Shown: positions 7,343-17,361 of the stretch, piece after piece | How positions within the stretch are numbered: the first letter of the stretch is position 1 | How the letters are laid out: each line of letters begins with the position of its first letter | IMG/VR virus record: IMGVR_UViG_3300027806_000003 | Span: 15,355 to 79,354 of that record | Strand: one strand, 5' to 3' | DNA: 64,000 nt | From: a virus | Program-made: the position numbers and the translations under genes | Notes under the pieces: model-generated | Told to the model about the DNA's origin: nothing | Seen by the model: the letters and a program-made list of their open reading frames with translations, nothing else | Database searches by the model: none

Positions 7343-9622
7343 TCACCCACGCTCCTCCTGATACAGCTCCACCGCCATCTGCCGCGTGAACGTCCGCACC
7401 TCGTTTCTGTCCGCGATCGCGCAGGCATACACCTCGCAGTCCAGCAGGTGGTTGTCCTTCCGCCCCTCGCGCAGTTCCCACACCGCCATCGCGCGGCCGT
7501 ACCGGTCCGTCGCCACCACTTGCCGCTCGGCGGTCACCTGGTGCCAGTACCGGTCGTGATTGTCGCCCCTGCGGACCGTGCCCCCCGGCTCGGTTCGGTC
7601 GGCGGTGTACGCCGGCCACCACCACCGCTGCTTGTCGGCCTCGATGCTCAGCCTGTCTGAGCCATCCCGTGCCGCCGTCGGCGGCGCCGCGGCCATGTGG
7701 CCAACGATCATCGTTTTGTAGTAACTGCCACCAACCATCAGCAGCAGCCTCGGCGCAGCGCGCCCCGCCGCACCCCTGCCCGCCCCGCCGATCTGGCTCA
7801 TGCGGAAGTTCACAAGCCCCGGCCGTGATTCGCTCATGCCCTTGGCCGCCTGCGCCCCCGTCTGGTCGCACGCCGCGTACACCTCGCTGGTCCGGTCGCC
7901 CGAGTCCACGGCCAGATCAATGATCGGCAGGCCAACTCGCTCGATCATGCCCTCGGGCCGCTCAAGTGTGTACCGCAGCCCCTGCAGGCCCGCCAGTTCA
8001 TGCCCGTCGACCAAGGGGTACCGCCGGCTCTTGACCCGCTCGATCGCGCCGACCAGCGCGTGCCGATCGCCGGCCTCGAGCGCGCCGTAGTCGATCAGCC
8101 AACTCGACCGCCCCTCTGCGCCAAACCCGCGCACCACGTAGTAGATCCGGTCGGCCTGCACATCCACGCCCGCGAACAGCGCCAAACATCCGCGCGGCAC
8201 CGTCCCGCGTCGGTACCCGCCATCGGCCAGGCTCAGGCAGTGCGCCTTCATGCTCCCCGGCTCGATCGACCGCCCCACGGCCTGCGTCGCGCGGCCGAGC
8301 ATGCCCGCCCACCACTTGTCCGGCGGGTTCTTGCCGAGCTTGACGTAGTCGTGCACCAGGCTCGCCCACGTGGTCCACGGCGAATACATGCCGGAGATTG
8401 AGAACGACGCCACCCGCGTCCTTGGCCCCTCGCCCACGACCCCCGCCCGCTCCCCGCCCGCCTCCCTCCGCTCCCACGCAAACGCAAAGGCATCTTCGGC
8501 CCCGAAGGGGCCGAGGGATGTAGCCACGGGTGCAGCCCGCGCTTGGCGGGCAGAACCCGTGGAAGCCTCCGCATCCGAATCCTGCCCCGGAGGGGCAGAG
8601 GAAGCTTCATCGGACCCGACGCCTTCCCCTTCTCCCATTTGACCATTTGACCATTTGACCATTTGGCCCTTTTTGACCCACACCCCCCGCCGCATCATCG
8701 CCGCCTTGTACTTCTCATCGATCTCCGCCCCGCAGCACTCGCACACGTACACGCACGATTGCTCGGCGTCCAAGGGGTCAACGTCATCACGGTCTTTCCC
8801 CTCCCAGTCCAGTTGCTCGAAGGACAACTCGCGGTACTCGCCGCAGTGGGGGCAGGGCACGTGATACGTCCGCTGGTCCCCCTGCTTGTAGAGCCGATCG
8901 ATGCCCTGATCGGCGGCCCCCGGCGTCGACACGGCCATCCGCACCGCGGCGTCCTTGAAGGTCTTGGTCCGTTCGCACGCCAGTTCCCACGCGTCCTTGC
9001 TCCACTCCTCAACCTCATCACCGATCAGGTAGCGGATCGGCAGGCTCTTCAGGTCCGCATCGCTCCGCGTGCCGCGCAGAAAGACCGTGCTCTGGCCGAT
9101 GGTCAGGTCGGCGATGCGGGCTTCCTTGCCATCGAGAGCGCCCGCGTTCTTGAGTTTGTTCTTGATCCTGGGCGTGGCGCGAATCGCGGGGATGAGCCTC
9201 TTGCGGTTCTGCTCGCGTGCGAAGTCCGTCGACGGGTACACCACCATCGCCGGCCCCGGCGCGTTGTCGATGCACGCAAAGAGCACGTTGATCGCCGCTT
9301 CGGTCGCGCCGACCTGGGAGCACTTGATCACGACCACATCCGAGTACAGCCCGCTGGCGGCCGCGTCCATGATGTCCACCAGGTACGGCGTGACATCGTT
9401 CCGCCAGGGCCCCGGCCTGTGGCTCGACTCGGCCGCCACACCGCGGTGCCGCTCGGCCCACTGGCTCGGCGTCAGCCGCTCCTGCGGACGGATCACCCCG
9501 GCGGCCACGCTCAGCAGAAACGCGCGATCACCGCCATCGGCCACCGCCGCCCCCCCCGCACCAGCATCTACGCCGGACGCCACGACCGCCACCGCCGCCC
9601 CCGCCGAAGCCGCCGCGCTCAT
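7343..9622 (-). CDS. Terminase large subunit, GpA family
   Basis: TPYL, SQVGAT, GDEVE, STP, CPHCGE, CECCG, GVDVQ, VDSG and NHLLDCEVYA motifs. Confidence 0.95.
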   Translation of the reverse strand: MSAAASAGAAVAVVASGVDAGAGGAAVADGGDRAFLLSVAAGVIRPQERLTPSQWAERHRGVAAESSHRPGPWRNDVTPYLVDIMDAAASGLYSDVVVIKCSQVGATEAAINVLFACIDNAPGPAMVVYPSTDFAREQNRKRLIPAIRATPRIKNKLKNAGALDGKEARIADLTIGQSTVFLRGTRSDADLKSLPIRYLIGDEVEEWSKDAWELACERTKTFKDAAVRMAVSTPGAADQGIDRLYKQGDQRTYHVPCPHCGEYRELSFEQLDWEGKDRDDVDPLDAEQSCVYVCECCGAEIDEKYKAAMMRRGVWVKKGQMVKWSNGQMGEGEGVGSDEASSAPPGQDSDAEASTGSARQARAAPVATSLGPFGAEDAFAFAWERREAGGERAGVVGEGPRTRVASFSISGMYSPWTTWASLVHDYVKLGKNPPDKWWAGMLGRATQAVGRSIEPGSMKAHCLSLADGGYRRGTVPRGCLALFAGVDVQADRIYYVVRGFGAEGRSSWLIDYGALEAGDRHALVGAIERVKSRRYPLVDGHELAGLQGLRYTLERPEGMIERVGLPIIDLAVDSGDRTSEVYAACDQTGAQAAKGMSESRPGLVNFRMSQIGGAGRGAAGRAAPRLLLMVGGSYYKTMIVGHMAAAPPTAARDGSDRLSIEADKQRWWWPAYTADRTEPGGTVRRGDNHDRYWHQVTAERQVVATDRYGRAMAVWELREGRKDNHLLDCEVYACAIADRNEVRTFTRQMAVELYQEERG

Positions 9623-9969
9623 CGCACCACCTCCGCGACTTCGGCCCCAACGGGGCCGAGGGATGCAGCCACGGGTGGAGCGCAGCGCAACCCGTGGACC
9701 GCCCCCGACTCATCGCCCTGCCCCAAAGGGGCAGAGGAATCGGCCATCAACGTCCCGCCCTGAGCCCCCACGCATCCGCACGCCAAACCCGCAATCATCT
9801 TCCTGATCGTCCGCGGATCAATCGCGTGCCGCCTGGCCGCCGCCCGCGCGGTTTGGCCCTCGACGATCACCGCCCGCACCGCCTCAAACCGCGCCGCCGC
9901 CTCGGCCTTCTCCCCCTGCGTCCACCCCAGGCAGTACGCTGCCAGCCACTCTTCCGGCGGCATGTTCAT
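9619..9969 (-). CDS. HTH-like hypothetical protein with REP-derived C-terminus
   Basis: TARAAARRHAIDPRTIRK HTH-like segment; 4-bp overlaps on both sides. Confidence 0.55.
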   Translation of the reverse strand: MNMPPEEWLAAYCLGWTQGEKAEAAARFEAVRAVIVEGQTARAAARRHAIDPRTIRKMIAGLACGCVGAQGGTLMADSSAPLGQGDESGAVHGLRCAPPVAASLGPVGAEVAEVVR

Positions 9970-10670
9970 CCGTTACCCCCCGCGGCGTACGCCGCGATCA
10001 CTTCTTCGGCGCTCCGCCGATCATCCTCGATTCCGCGCTCGCGTTGCCGCAGCGTGGCCAGCACGCTGGCCTCATCGAACGCGCGAGCGCTCCGCACCCC
10101 GCGAGCCGCCGCGGCCGATGCGCCGCACGGCTGCCTGGCCAGCCAGTCCCGCACCTTGTCCATGGTCGACCGGCCCCGGGCCCACGGATCCAGCCGCACC
10201 ACATCCTCGCCGAGCTCCGCCGCCAGCATGCACTGGGCCGTGTGCAGGTCATCGGCCCGCGTGTCATCGCTGACCAGCTCGGCGTACTCGAGGCTCAGCC
10301 CGCCGCCGCGCACCCGCACGCGAACGTACCGCGTCTGGGCGCACGCGCGCGGGTACCGCCGCGGCCGCGAGCCCGGCAGTGGGGGCGTGCTCACGCGGCC
10401 GAACCGATCCACGCCGCACGCCGGCACCAGGCCCGGGATGCCGAAAGCCCCAGCGCGATCCCCACCACAAAATCGTGTTGATCCCTCGCCCATGATCCCC
10501 ATCACCGCGTGGGCGCGGTCGGTCGCATCGGCCGTGCTGATCATCTCGCACGCGCTCTCATCGGCGCAGACCAGCACCTCGGCCCTGTTCGGGCACAGCT
10601 GATCCTGGTGCGATTGCTCCTGCTCGCCCCGCCACGCCTTGGGTTTTCTTCCAGCCTTCGCCGCGCCCAT
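9966..10670 (-). CDS. Hypothetical protein
   Basis: Co-oriented, ATGA overlap, GGAGG RBS. Confidence 0.55.
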   Translation of the reverse strand: MGAAKAGRKPKAWRGEQEQSHQDQLCPNRAEVLVCADESACEMISTADATDRAHAVMGIMGEGSTRFCGGDRAGAFGIPGLVPACGVDRFGRVSTPPLPGSRPRRYPRACAQTRYVRVRVRGGGLSLEYAELVSDDTRADDLHTAQCMLAAELGEDVVRLDPWARGRSTMDKVRDWLARQPCGASAAAARGVRSARAFDEASVLATLRQRERGIEDDRRSAEEVIAAYAAGGNG

Positions 10671-10687
10671 CGGTCACCTCCGCACAC

Positions 10688-10762
10688 GCCATCCACGCCC
10701 ATCCGCTCATCCGCCCATCCGCTCAGGCCGTCATCCGCCCAGCCGCCCATCCGCTCACCCGC
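10688..10762. repeat. Degenerate octamer tandem repeat (CATCCGCC/T)n
   Basis: Visible intergenic tandem units. Confidence 0.7.
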
Positions 10763-11003
10763 TTATCGCCGTTCGCTCGTGCGCCTCGGCGATCGCCAGC
10801 GCCGCCTCAAAGCTCGCCGCGCTGTGCTCGCTCATCAGCCCAGGCTCCGAGCACGAGACCTTGAACAACCCACCAGGCCTCCGCGGCGCGATGATCGTGA
10901 AGTGAATCGGCGAGTCCGGCCTGCTCAGCCCGCTGGCCGCCACCCACACCACCGCCCGCCCACGCCCCGCCTCTTGCACAAACTCCAACGCCCGCTCGCT
11001 CAC
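10755..11003 (-). CDS. Small hypothetical protein
   Basis: GTG start after AAGGAG RBS with an AT-richer upstream region. Confidence 0.5.
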   Translation of the reverse strand: MSERALEFVQEAGRGRAVVWVAASGLSRPDSPIHFTIIAPRRPGGLFKVSCSEPGLMSEHSAASFEAALAIAEAHERTAISG

Positions 11004-11052
11004 GCCCTTGCTCCTTGTATAGTCATTGCATCGGCATGACAACCGATTATCT

Positions 11053-11724
11053 TTACCCGATCGCCGCGCGGGCGTCGATCGCCTCGCGTTCCCATTCCTT
11101 CTCCGGCTCAACGCGCCGCACCACGATCGGCCGCCCCATCCGGTCCGGGTGCAACTCGGTCACCACGCCAGGCCACGCATCGCGCCGCCGCAGGCAGATG
11201 TGCACCAGTTGCCGCGCCGAGCCCTGCACCACGTCGACCGCGACCACGCTCTCTCCCACGTTTCGCACGTGCGAGAGCACCTGCAGCATCGCGGCCATCG
11301 TCGCCGGGCCCAGCGGCTTGCCGTTGCGGCTGGCCCGCTGATCGGTCGACGCCGCCGCCGCCCATCGCTCGGCCGCCAGCGCCCCCGGCCCGGCGCGGTA
11401 GGCCGCGATCGCCGCGCTCCGCTCGGCCACGCTCGGCCGCCGGCCCCGACCACCGCCACCATCACCGCCGCCCGCGCCCTCCTCCAGCAGCGGCCCGACC
11501 TTCTCCAGCAGCATGTTGCCGATTCGTGCGCAGTCGCCCGGCGTCAGGTCGCCCAGCTCGCACATCGAGGCCAGCGTCGGCCCCACACACCGAACGAACA
11601 GATCCACCGGCATCTTGGCCAGCTCGCCCACCTCCGCCGCCACATCACGCCTATCGCCGCCACCCTCGCGGCCCCGCGGCATCGCGTCGATGATCATGGC
11701 CACCTCGCCGCTCCTCATCTTCAT
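11053..11724 (-). CDS. Hypothetical protein
   Basis: Co-oriented, ATGA overlap. Confidence 0.55.
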   Translation of the reverse strand: MKMRSGEVAMIIDAMPRGREGGGDRRDVAAEVGELAKMPVDLFVRCVGPTLASMCELGDLTPGDCARIGNMLLEKVGPLLEEGAGGGDGGGGRGRRPSVAERSAAIAAYRAGPGALAAERWAAAASTDQRASRNGKPLGPATMAAMLQVLSHVRNVGESVVAVDVVQGSARQLVHICLRRRDAWPGVVTELHPDRMGRPIVVRRVEPEKEWEREAIDARAAIG

Positions 11725-12380
11725 CGCTCACCCCCTTCTTCCTGCCCGCCATCAGCGCGGGAGTCATCGACCACGCGAGCAGTCCCCACCACCGGCCGCG
11801 GCGCACGCTCGCACTCGCACACATACGGCTCGCCGCAGGCACACCCCGGCCAGCTCCGCGCCGCCACCGCGGCCTCAACCGGCACCTCGCGCCCGCCGCA
11901 CGGACAGCACCCGCGCGAGCCCGCCAAGCCCGCACCCCGGCCCGCACCACAACCCACACCACCGCCCGCACCCCGGCGCGCCCGCTTGGCCCGCACATAC
12001 GGCCGCAGCCTTCGCATCTCCACGATTCGCCGCGAGCGCCGCACATCAGCCGCCACATCGCGCCCAACGGCCACGAGCAGCCCGACCGCCACCCCCAGCA
12101 GCGTCACCAGCAGCCCGATCTGCACCAATCCCGTGGAATACTCAACAACCCACCACGCCGCCGCATGGCCGAGCATCCACCCCAGCCACGCCCCGAGCAC
12201 CACCAGCACCACCGCCAGCACACCCACCAGCCCCCGAGGCACCCCGCGAACAACCGCCAGCGCCGCCCGCGCCACCGCCAGCGCCAGCGCCGCCCGCGAC
12301 ACAACCCACCCCGCCGCCGCGGCCACACTCCTGCCCAGCCACCAAGCCCGCCCCCAACCATCAGCCCCGGCAAAACGCAT
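11721..12380 (-). CDS. Membrane protein with C-terminal Cys cluster
   Basis: Two to three hydrophobic segments; CCPCG..CACG..CEC. Confidence 0.5.
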   Translation of the reverse strand: MRFAGADGWGRAWWLGRSVAAAAGWVVSRAALALAVARAALAVVRGVPRGLVGVLAVVLVVLGAWLGWMLGHAAAWWVVEYSTGLVQIGLLVTLLGVAVGLLVAVGRDVAADVRRSRRIVEMRRLRPYVRAKRARRGAGGGVGCGAGRGAGLAGSRGCCPCGGREVPVEAAVAARSWPGCACGEPYVCECERAPRPVVGTARVVDDSRADGGQEEGGER

Positions 12381-12910
12381 ATGACCGCCCGAGCCTCATC
12401 GGCTCGGAGCGGTGTGCAGCCGCTCCCTTGGTGTTGGTGCGACGATGATATGCCCGCACCCCCGCCAATGCAACAATCCACACCCCCATTCCACCAGGCC
12501 GCGATCGGGATGCACGGGTTCGAACGGGTTCCAGCCTAGAGCGAGCGCCAAGAGCAAATATCACCCAAGCATTTCGATATTGCCACAAAGGCCAACCATG
12601 GCCCGCGCACCGGTTCACGCTCGGCCATCCCCCCGCACCCCACGCCCGGATGCTCGGCCAATCCGTTTCACGCCACCCCCAACCCGTTCACCCCATCAAA
12701 CCCCACCACCAACCCCATCCAATCCACCCCAACCCCACCTCCACTCCACCCCAAGCGGCCTAAATCAACCCCACCGCCCCCATCCATCCCAAAAACGGGA
12801 CGCCTTCGGTACTGCGGGCCACGTAAGGGCTCCGGTAGTACCGACGTGGGGGGGGCCTCAGAGCACCTCAGAACGCCGATTTCTCTGCCTCATGGGGTGC
12901 GGGGCGACGA

Positions 12911-15748
12911 TCAGAACACCGGCACGCCGTCGCCCTGCTGTTCAGGCTGAGCGCCGTAGCCAATGGTGAACTCCGCGGGCCTGCGTGCCAGACCAAGATA
13001 TGCCGGCACTCGCTCGCTATTGATCGTGTTGCGCTGCACCCGCCGGACCGACGGCGCTGCGACCAGCAGTTTGCGGCCGAAGATGTTGCGAGCCAGCATC
13101 TTCTTCTCATCGATTTTTGTGTGATTGCACCAGCGCATGTACTCGGTGTACACCTCGTCCGTGGCAACCCACGAATCAGGCTCACGCACAAACCCAAAGC
13201 GGCTGTCTTCGAGGAAGTCCAGCACGTGCGACTGCTGCCGCCGAAGATCGTCGGCCATCTCCTGGCCGTGCTCGCTCATGGCCCACGGGCTCCCCGACGT
13301 ACGCAGTCTCCGAAGGTGATACAGCGCATAGAGCGCAATGCCCGTGCCCTCGCCGCGGATGCCCGCCTTGATCGACGGGTCGGCCTTGCCCACAAACGAC
13401 TGCGAGAAGGGGATCACAACCTGCCGCCTGGCCAGTGCGCCCGAGTTGTCGGGCAGCGTGGCCGGCTCGTTGTAACTGATCAGAATCTGAGCCGCAATCC
13501 GCACCTGCTGCGCCTCTGAGTAGAGCCTTCGCACCGTCAGCATGTCGCCGCCGCTCAGCTTCTTGAGCCCCTCCATCGCCGCCGCGGCGTCCACCTTGCC
13601 CAGGCTCGCGTCGTGCAGGATCACCGCACGCTTGCCCACCATCTTGGTCAGGCCGCGATCGTCGGCGAAGTCGCCAAGGCTCGCGGCGCACACAGCCTCC
13701 TCGCCGATCATCGAAGTCACCGCCTCAAACGCCGACGACTTGCCGCTGCCCGGCGGCCCGATCAGCAGGAAGATCCGCTCGTGGCTCACATCGGCCGTCA
13801 GGCAGAGTGCGAACATGCCGCCTAGACAGTTGCCCCAGTTGGCGTCCTCGGCGGGCGCGACACTGTTGAGCCACCTGGAGAAGCACGGAGCCAGCCGCTC
13901 AACCTCCGCCATCCACACGGCCGGGCGCTCGGCCTCGGGCGCGGCCTCGATGCGGTCGACGGCCTCAGCCGGAAACGCGTATGGCAGCACCTGCTCGCTG
14001 AACCACCGAGGCGTATGCGGCCGCATGATCAGTTCCCCACGTGCCCACGCTTCCACGTCCACCAGCGCATCGGCGAACGCGATCACCGAGTCCGCACGCC
14101 ACATACCCTGATCTTCGGCCGTCCCCCGTGCGCCCAAGTCACCCCACACCGGCTGCCCCGCCGCGTCAAAGGTTGTCGGTGCCCAGCACGGCACCGACAC
14201 ATCGGGTTCGACGCGCACGATGCACTCGCTCGCCAGCGCCTGCACAACCTCCGTCGTGGTTTTCGGCCCGGGGTTCATCGGCGCGGGCCCGTACGTGTCG
14301 CCCTGCTTTTTCATGACCTGGTAGCGCTGCAGGAGCTGCTGCGTCTCCGTGGTCAAGTCCTCATCGGTCTTTCGCACGTACGCGTAGCCGCCGCCGCGCC
14401 GCTTCTCCCACGAGTACCACTGCCCGCCGAACCGCACGCGGTGCCACCTCTGCCCCTCGCGCTCGCCGGTTGGGTGGTACATCGGCCAGTCCATCAGCAG
14501 CCGCCGCGCCCTCGGCAGAGCCCCATCGGGCATCACGTCGGCAATATCCGCCCCGCCCGCAGCGCCCGCGCCGATGGTGTAGAGCGTCCGCTCGGCGCTG
14601 GCCGGCTCGCTGCGCTGCTCGGCCGCCGCACGCTCGAGGTACGTCATCGAACCCTTGCCCAGAATCGCCTCGCGCACCACCTCGGCGCCCGCACGCACGT
14701 ACACATCGAGCCAGTCCAGGCCCTTGATCGTGCAGCCGCCCTCACCAAAGACCTCTGGCACGTGGTCCGAGCCCGGCATGGCCAGCGTCACCGTCAGCCA
14801 CGGACAGTCGGCTCGCAAACGCTTGGCCAGGTCGGCGCTGGCGTCGGGCCCAGCGGCGTTGCCCTGCTCGTTGCGCTTGTCCCGGTCAACCGCGATCACC
14901 ACGCGGCTCAGCGGCCCCGGCCTGCCGAAGAGCTCGCCGGGGAGCTGGAGCTGGCGCACGCCGTTGGCGCTGATCGCGGCCCACACACCAACGCCCGAGC
15001 CATGGCCAACGCGGCACGCCGCGGCGATCGCCAGCGCGGTCTCCACGCCCTCGGCGATCACCAGCGTGCCGCCCTCGGCGGGCTTGAAGAGCCGGCAGGC
15101 CGCACCGGCCATAACGCCCATGCTGCGCTTGGCGGCGGCCCCTCCAAGGTCGGCCTTGCCGCCATCGGGGCCAAGGAAGATCCGCTGCAGGCCCACCACG
15201 CTCCGCGGGTCGGCCCGCACGCACGCGCACAAGATCGCGGGCCCTTCGTGCTCTTTGTTCACCTCACCGAGATACGCCTTCGTCTTGGCCACCAGCCGCA
15301 GCGACTGGGGCGTCTCGCCCAGGTCGACCAGCGCGATACCCCGCCGCGCGATGTACTGGCGTATGTCGGCGTGCTTCGGCGTGCCCTGACCCCAGAGCCT
15401 CTTAGCCGTGTCGATCTTCCGCTGCTCGGCCAGTTCCTCTTCGGCCTTGATTCTCGCCAGTTCGATCGGCCCGAGCGTGCGAACGCTCGCCGATGCGCCA
15501 TCATCGGGCACAAAGATGTAGTCGCCCTCCCCGTACGGCTGACCACCGGGGTTGATCATGCGGTACCCGGTGATGTTCATGCCCCCGCTGGAGGCGGCGG
15601 TGCCGCCCTCGCCGGTGACAAAGCAGTGCACGGTTCCGTCGGGCCACGTGCCCTTCTTGCCGGGGGTTGGTCCATCGGTCCGGCAGCAGCGTGAGGAACC
15701 GCCGCAGATCGGGCAGGGCCGCTTTTTCCCAAACTCTTTCCAAGCCAT
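12911..15748 (-). CDS. Primase-helicase (Zn ribbon + TOPRIM + D5/P4-type SF3 helicase)
   Basis: CPICGG, AEGVETAL, DRD TOPRIM motif, GPPGSGKS Walker A, LKKLSGGD and N..P....D.SGALARR. Confidence 0.92.
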   Translation of the reverse strand: MAWKEFGKKRPCPICGGSSRCCRTDGPTPGKKGTWPDGTVHCFVTGEGGTAASSGGMNITGYRMINPGGQPYGEGDYIFVPDDGASASVRTLGPIELARIKAEEELAEQRKIDTAKRLWGQGTPKHADIRQYIARRGIALVDLGETPQSLRLVAKTKAYLGEVNKEHEGPAILCACVRADPRSVVGLQRIFLGPDGGKADLGGAAAKRSMGVMAGAACRLFKPAEGGTLVIAEGVETALAIAAACRVGHGSGVGVWAAISANGVRQLQLPGELFGRPGPLSRVVIAVDRDKRNEQGNAAGPDASADLAKRLRADCPWLTVTLAMPGSDHVPEVFGEGGCTIKGLDWLDVYVRAGAEVVREAILGKGSMTYLERAAAEQRSEPASAERTLYTIGAGAAGGADIADVMPDGALPRARRLLMDWPMYHPTGEREGQRWHRVRFGGQWYSWEKRRGGGYAYVRKTDEDLTTETQQLLQRYQVMKKQGDTYGPAPMNPGPKTTTEVVQALASECIVRVEPDVSVPCWAPTTFDAAGQPVWGDLGARGTAEDQGMWRADSVIAFADALVDVEAWARGELIMRPHTPRWFSEQVLPYAFPAEAVDRIEAAPEAERPAVWMAEVERLAPCFSRWLNSVAPAEDANWGNCLGGMFALCLTADVSHERIFLLIGPPGSGKSSAFEAVTSMIGEEAVCAASLGDFADDRGLTKMVGKRAVILHDASLGKVDAAAAMEGLKKLSGGDMLTVRRLYSEAQQVRIAAQILISYNEPATLPDNSGALARRQVVIPFSQSFVGKADPSIKAGIRGEGTGIALYALYHLRRLRTSGSPWAMSEHGQEMADDLRRQQSHVLDFLEDSRFGFVREPDSWVATDEVYTEYMRWCNHTKIDEKKMLARNIFGRKLLVAAPSVRRVQRNTINSERVPAYLGLARRPAEFTIGYGAQPEQQGDGVPVF

Positions 15749-15773
15749 CCATGACCTCCGAGCAGACGTAGAA

Positions 15774-15951
15774 GCGCACCACCGGCCGCAGGTGGTGCGC
15801 CTTCAAGTTTCACAGATCAAACCCGCAACACGACCCCGCTGTTAACCGGCAGGTTATAGGTTCGAGTCCTATTCGGGGAGTTCAAAAGAGCCTTGTTTTC
15901 CCGCACGAAACGCGCACCACCGCGCACCACGCAAAAACCACCGCGCACCAC
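15774..15951. promoter_or_regulatory. attP of phage 1 with integrase arm-type repeats GCGCACCAC
   Basis: Copies at 15774-82, 15792-15800 (inverted), 15912-20, 15922-30 and 15943-51 flank the tRNA-derived core on both sides. Confidence 0.75.
15838..15880 (+). other. att core: 3' half of tRNA-Asn(GTT)
   Basis: CT-GTT-AA loop, CCGGC, T-arm ATAGG-TTCGAGT-CCTAT and acceptor strand TCGGGGA-G; no D-arm or 5' acceptor strand. Confidence 0.88.
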
Positions 15952-15996
15952 CTTCCCGACCCGCACAGGCCCCTCGGCCCCGTGTACGCTGGCCCC

Positions 15997-17361
15997 ATGC
16001 CCCGCCCTCTGCCCATGATGCGAAAGCACGCCCGCGGCATGTGGACCGTGCGGATCGACGGCATCGACCACTACCTCGGCCTGGACCGCACCGCTGCCGA
16101 GGCCCAATACGCCCAGCTCATCGCCGAAGTCGCCGCCGCCCGCGCCGACGAGGCCGAGGCGATCGCCGCGGCCCACGCCGCCGCCCCTGCCGGCAGCACG
16201 CGCCGCGAGCCGACGATCGCCCAGGTCATCACCGCGTACATCACGCAGCGCACCGCCGAGCGTGGCCGCGGCACGGCCCGCTACGACCGCACCAGCCTGC
16301 GCCGCCTGGCCAGCACTTTTCCCAAGCTTCCGCTCAGCCGTCTCTCGGCCCCGCTGGTGGCCGCCATGGCCGCCGACGCCCAGCAGTCGGGCCTTGCCCC
16401 CCGCACGGTCTCGCACGAACTGACGGCCATCAAGGGCCTCATGCGCTGGGCCGCGCTGAACTACCCGCACATCCGCCTGGCCTGGAACCGTGACGCCCTG
16501 CCCCGCGTCCGCGTGCCGCGCAGCCCCCGGCGCTACCAGCCCGTGGCGTACATCGCAAAGTACATCCTCGCGCACGAGGCCTACGACCCCCGCATCGCCC
16601 CGTGGCTTCGGCTGCAGTTCCTGGCCGCCCTCCGCCCGATCGAAACAACCCGCATCATCCACGGCCAGTACGAGTTTCACCGCCCCGAGCTCGGCGAGTA
16701 TGTCCTGGCCATCGACAACAAAACCACCGGCGTCTCCGCCGAGCCGCTGCGGTTTGTCGTGCTCAGCGTCGAGGCCGCCGCCGCCCTCGCGGCCGCCACG
16801 GCCGAGCCTCCGCCCTGGAGCTGCCCTCAGCCGGGCGAGCCGGCCTCCAACGCCTCGGGTGCCGATCAGGTCTTCCGCCGCGCCTGGCGTGGCCAGCACA
16901 CCAAGAGCACCACGCTCATCGAGGCCCTGAGCGTCCGCCGCCCGCGTCAGTCTGGCGTCGGCCCGCCGCCGGGCTTCCCGCGTCACTTCCTGCGTCACTC
17001 GGCGTATCAGGCTCTTCTCGACGCCCTGCCCGAGCAGCAGAGCACGGCCAAGATGCTCGCCGGCCACGTCCAGCCCGGGGCCTGGAGCGCCTACGCCGAT
17101 GCTCCGTGGCACCGCTGGCGCGATCAGATCAGCAGTGCCTTGACGCTCACCGCGCACGAGTCAGCCCTCCTTGCCGATCCGGCCTTCGCCGCCGTGCTCG
17201 AGAAGATCCGCGCCGAGAGTCCCGTGCGTGCCAAGCTGGCCCTGGGCCTGCCCGCCAGCCACCGCGGCATGCTCAAGGGCCGCAGGCTCGGCCCCCGTCA
17301 GCGTGCCCTTGAGTCCCCGTCCGGCGACACCGGCTCGGCGACGGTCGACGGCGGCCGCTGA
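15997..17361 (+). CDS. int: Tyrosine integrase
   Basis: R (LRPIE), K (NKTT), HxLRH, AGH and Y; N-terminal arm-binding W.VRIDG.DHYLG; adjacent to att. Confidence 0.9.
   Translation: MPRPLPMMRKHARGMWTVRIDGIDHYLGLDRTAAEAQYAQLIAEVAAARADEAEAIAAAHAAAPAGSTRREPTIAQVITAYITQRTAERGRGTARYDRTSLRRLASTFPKLPLSRLSAPLVAAMAADAQQSGLAPRTVSHELTAIKGLMRWAALNYPHIRLAWNRDALPRVRVPRSPRRYQPVAYIAKYILAHEAYDPRIAPWLRLQFLAALRPIETTRIIHGQYEFHRPELGEYVLAIDNKTTGVSAEPLRFVVLSVEAAAALAAATAEPPPWSCPQPGEPASNASGADQVFRRAWRGQHTKSTTLIEALSVRRPRQSGVGPPPGFPRHFLRHSAYQALLDALPEQQSTAKMLAGHVQPGAWSAYADAPWHRWRDQISSALTLTAHESALLADPAFAAVLEKIRAESPVRAKLALGLPASHRGMLKGRRLGPRQRALESPSGDTGSATVDGGR

Noticed and set aside
11016-11043. Sigma70 promoter TTGTCA/TATACA
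   Set aside because: The spacer is only 15 bp, which is insufficient support.
15805-15880. Complete tRNA-Asn gene
   Set aside because: The 5' acceptor strand and D-arm are missing, so it is an att core only.
5798-16784. DGR template/variable repeat pair
   Set aside because: The copies are identical with no adenine-specific differences, and there is no reverse transcriptase in the window.
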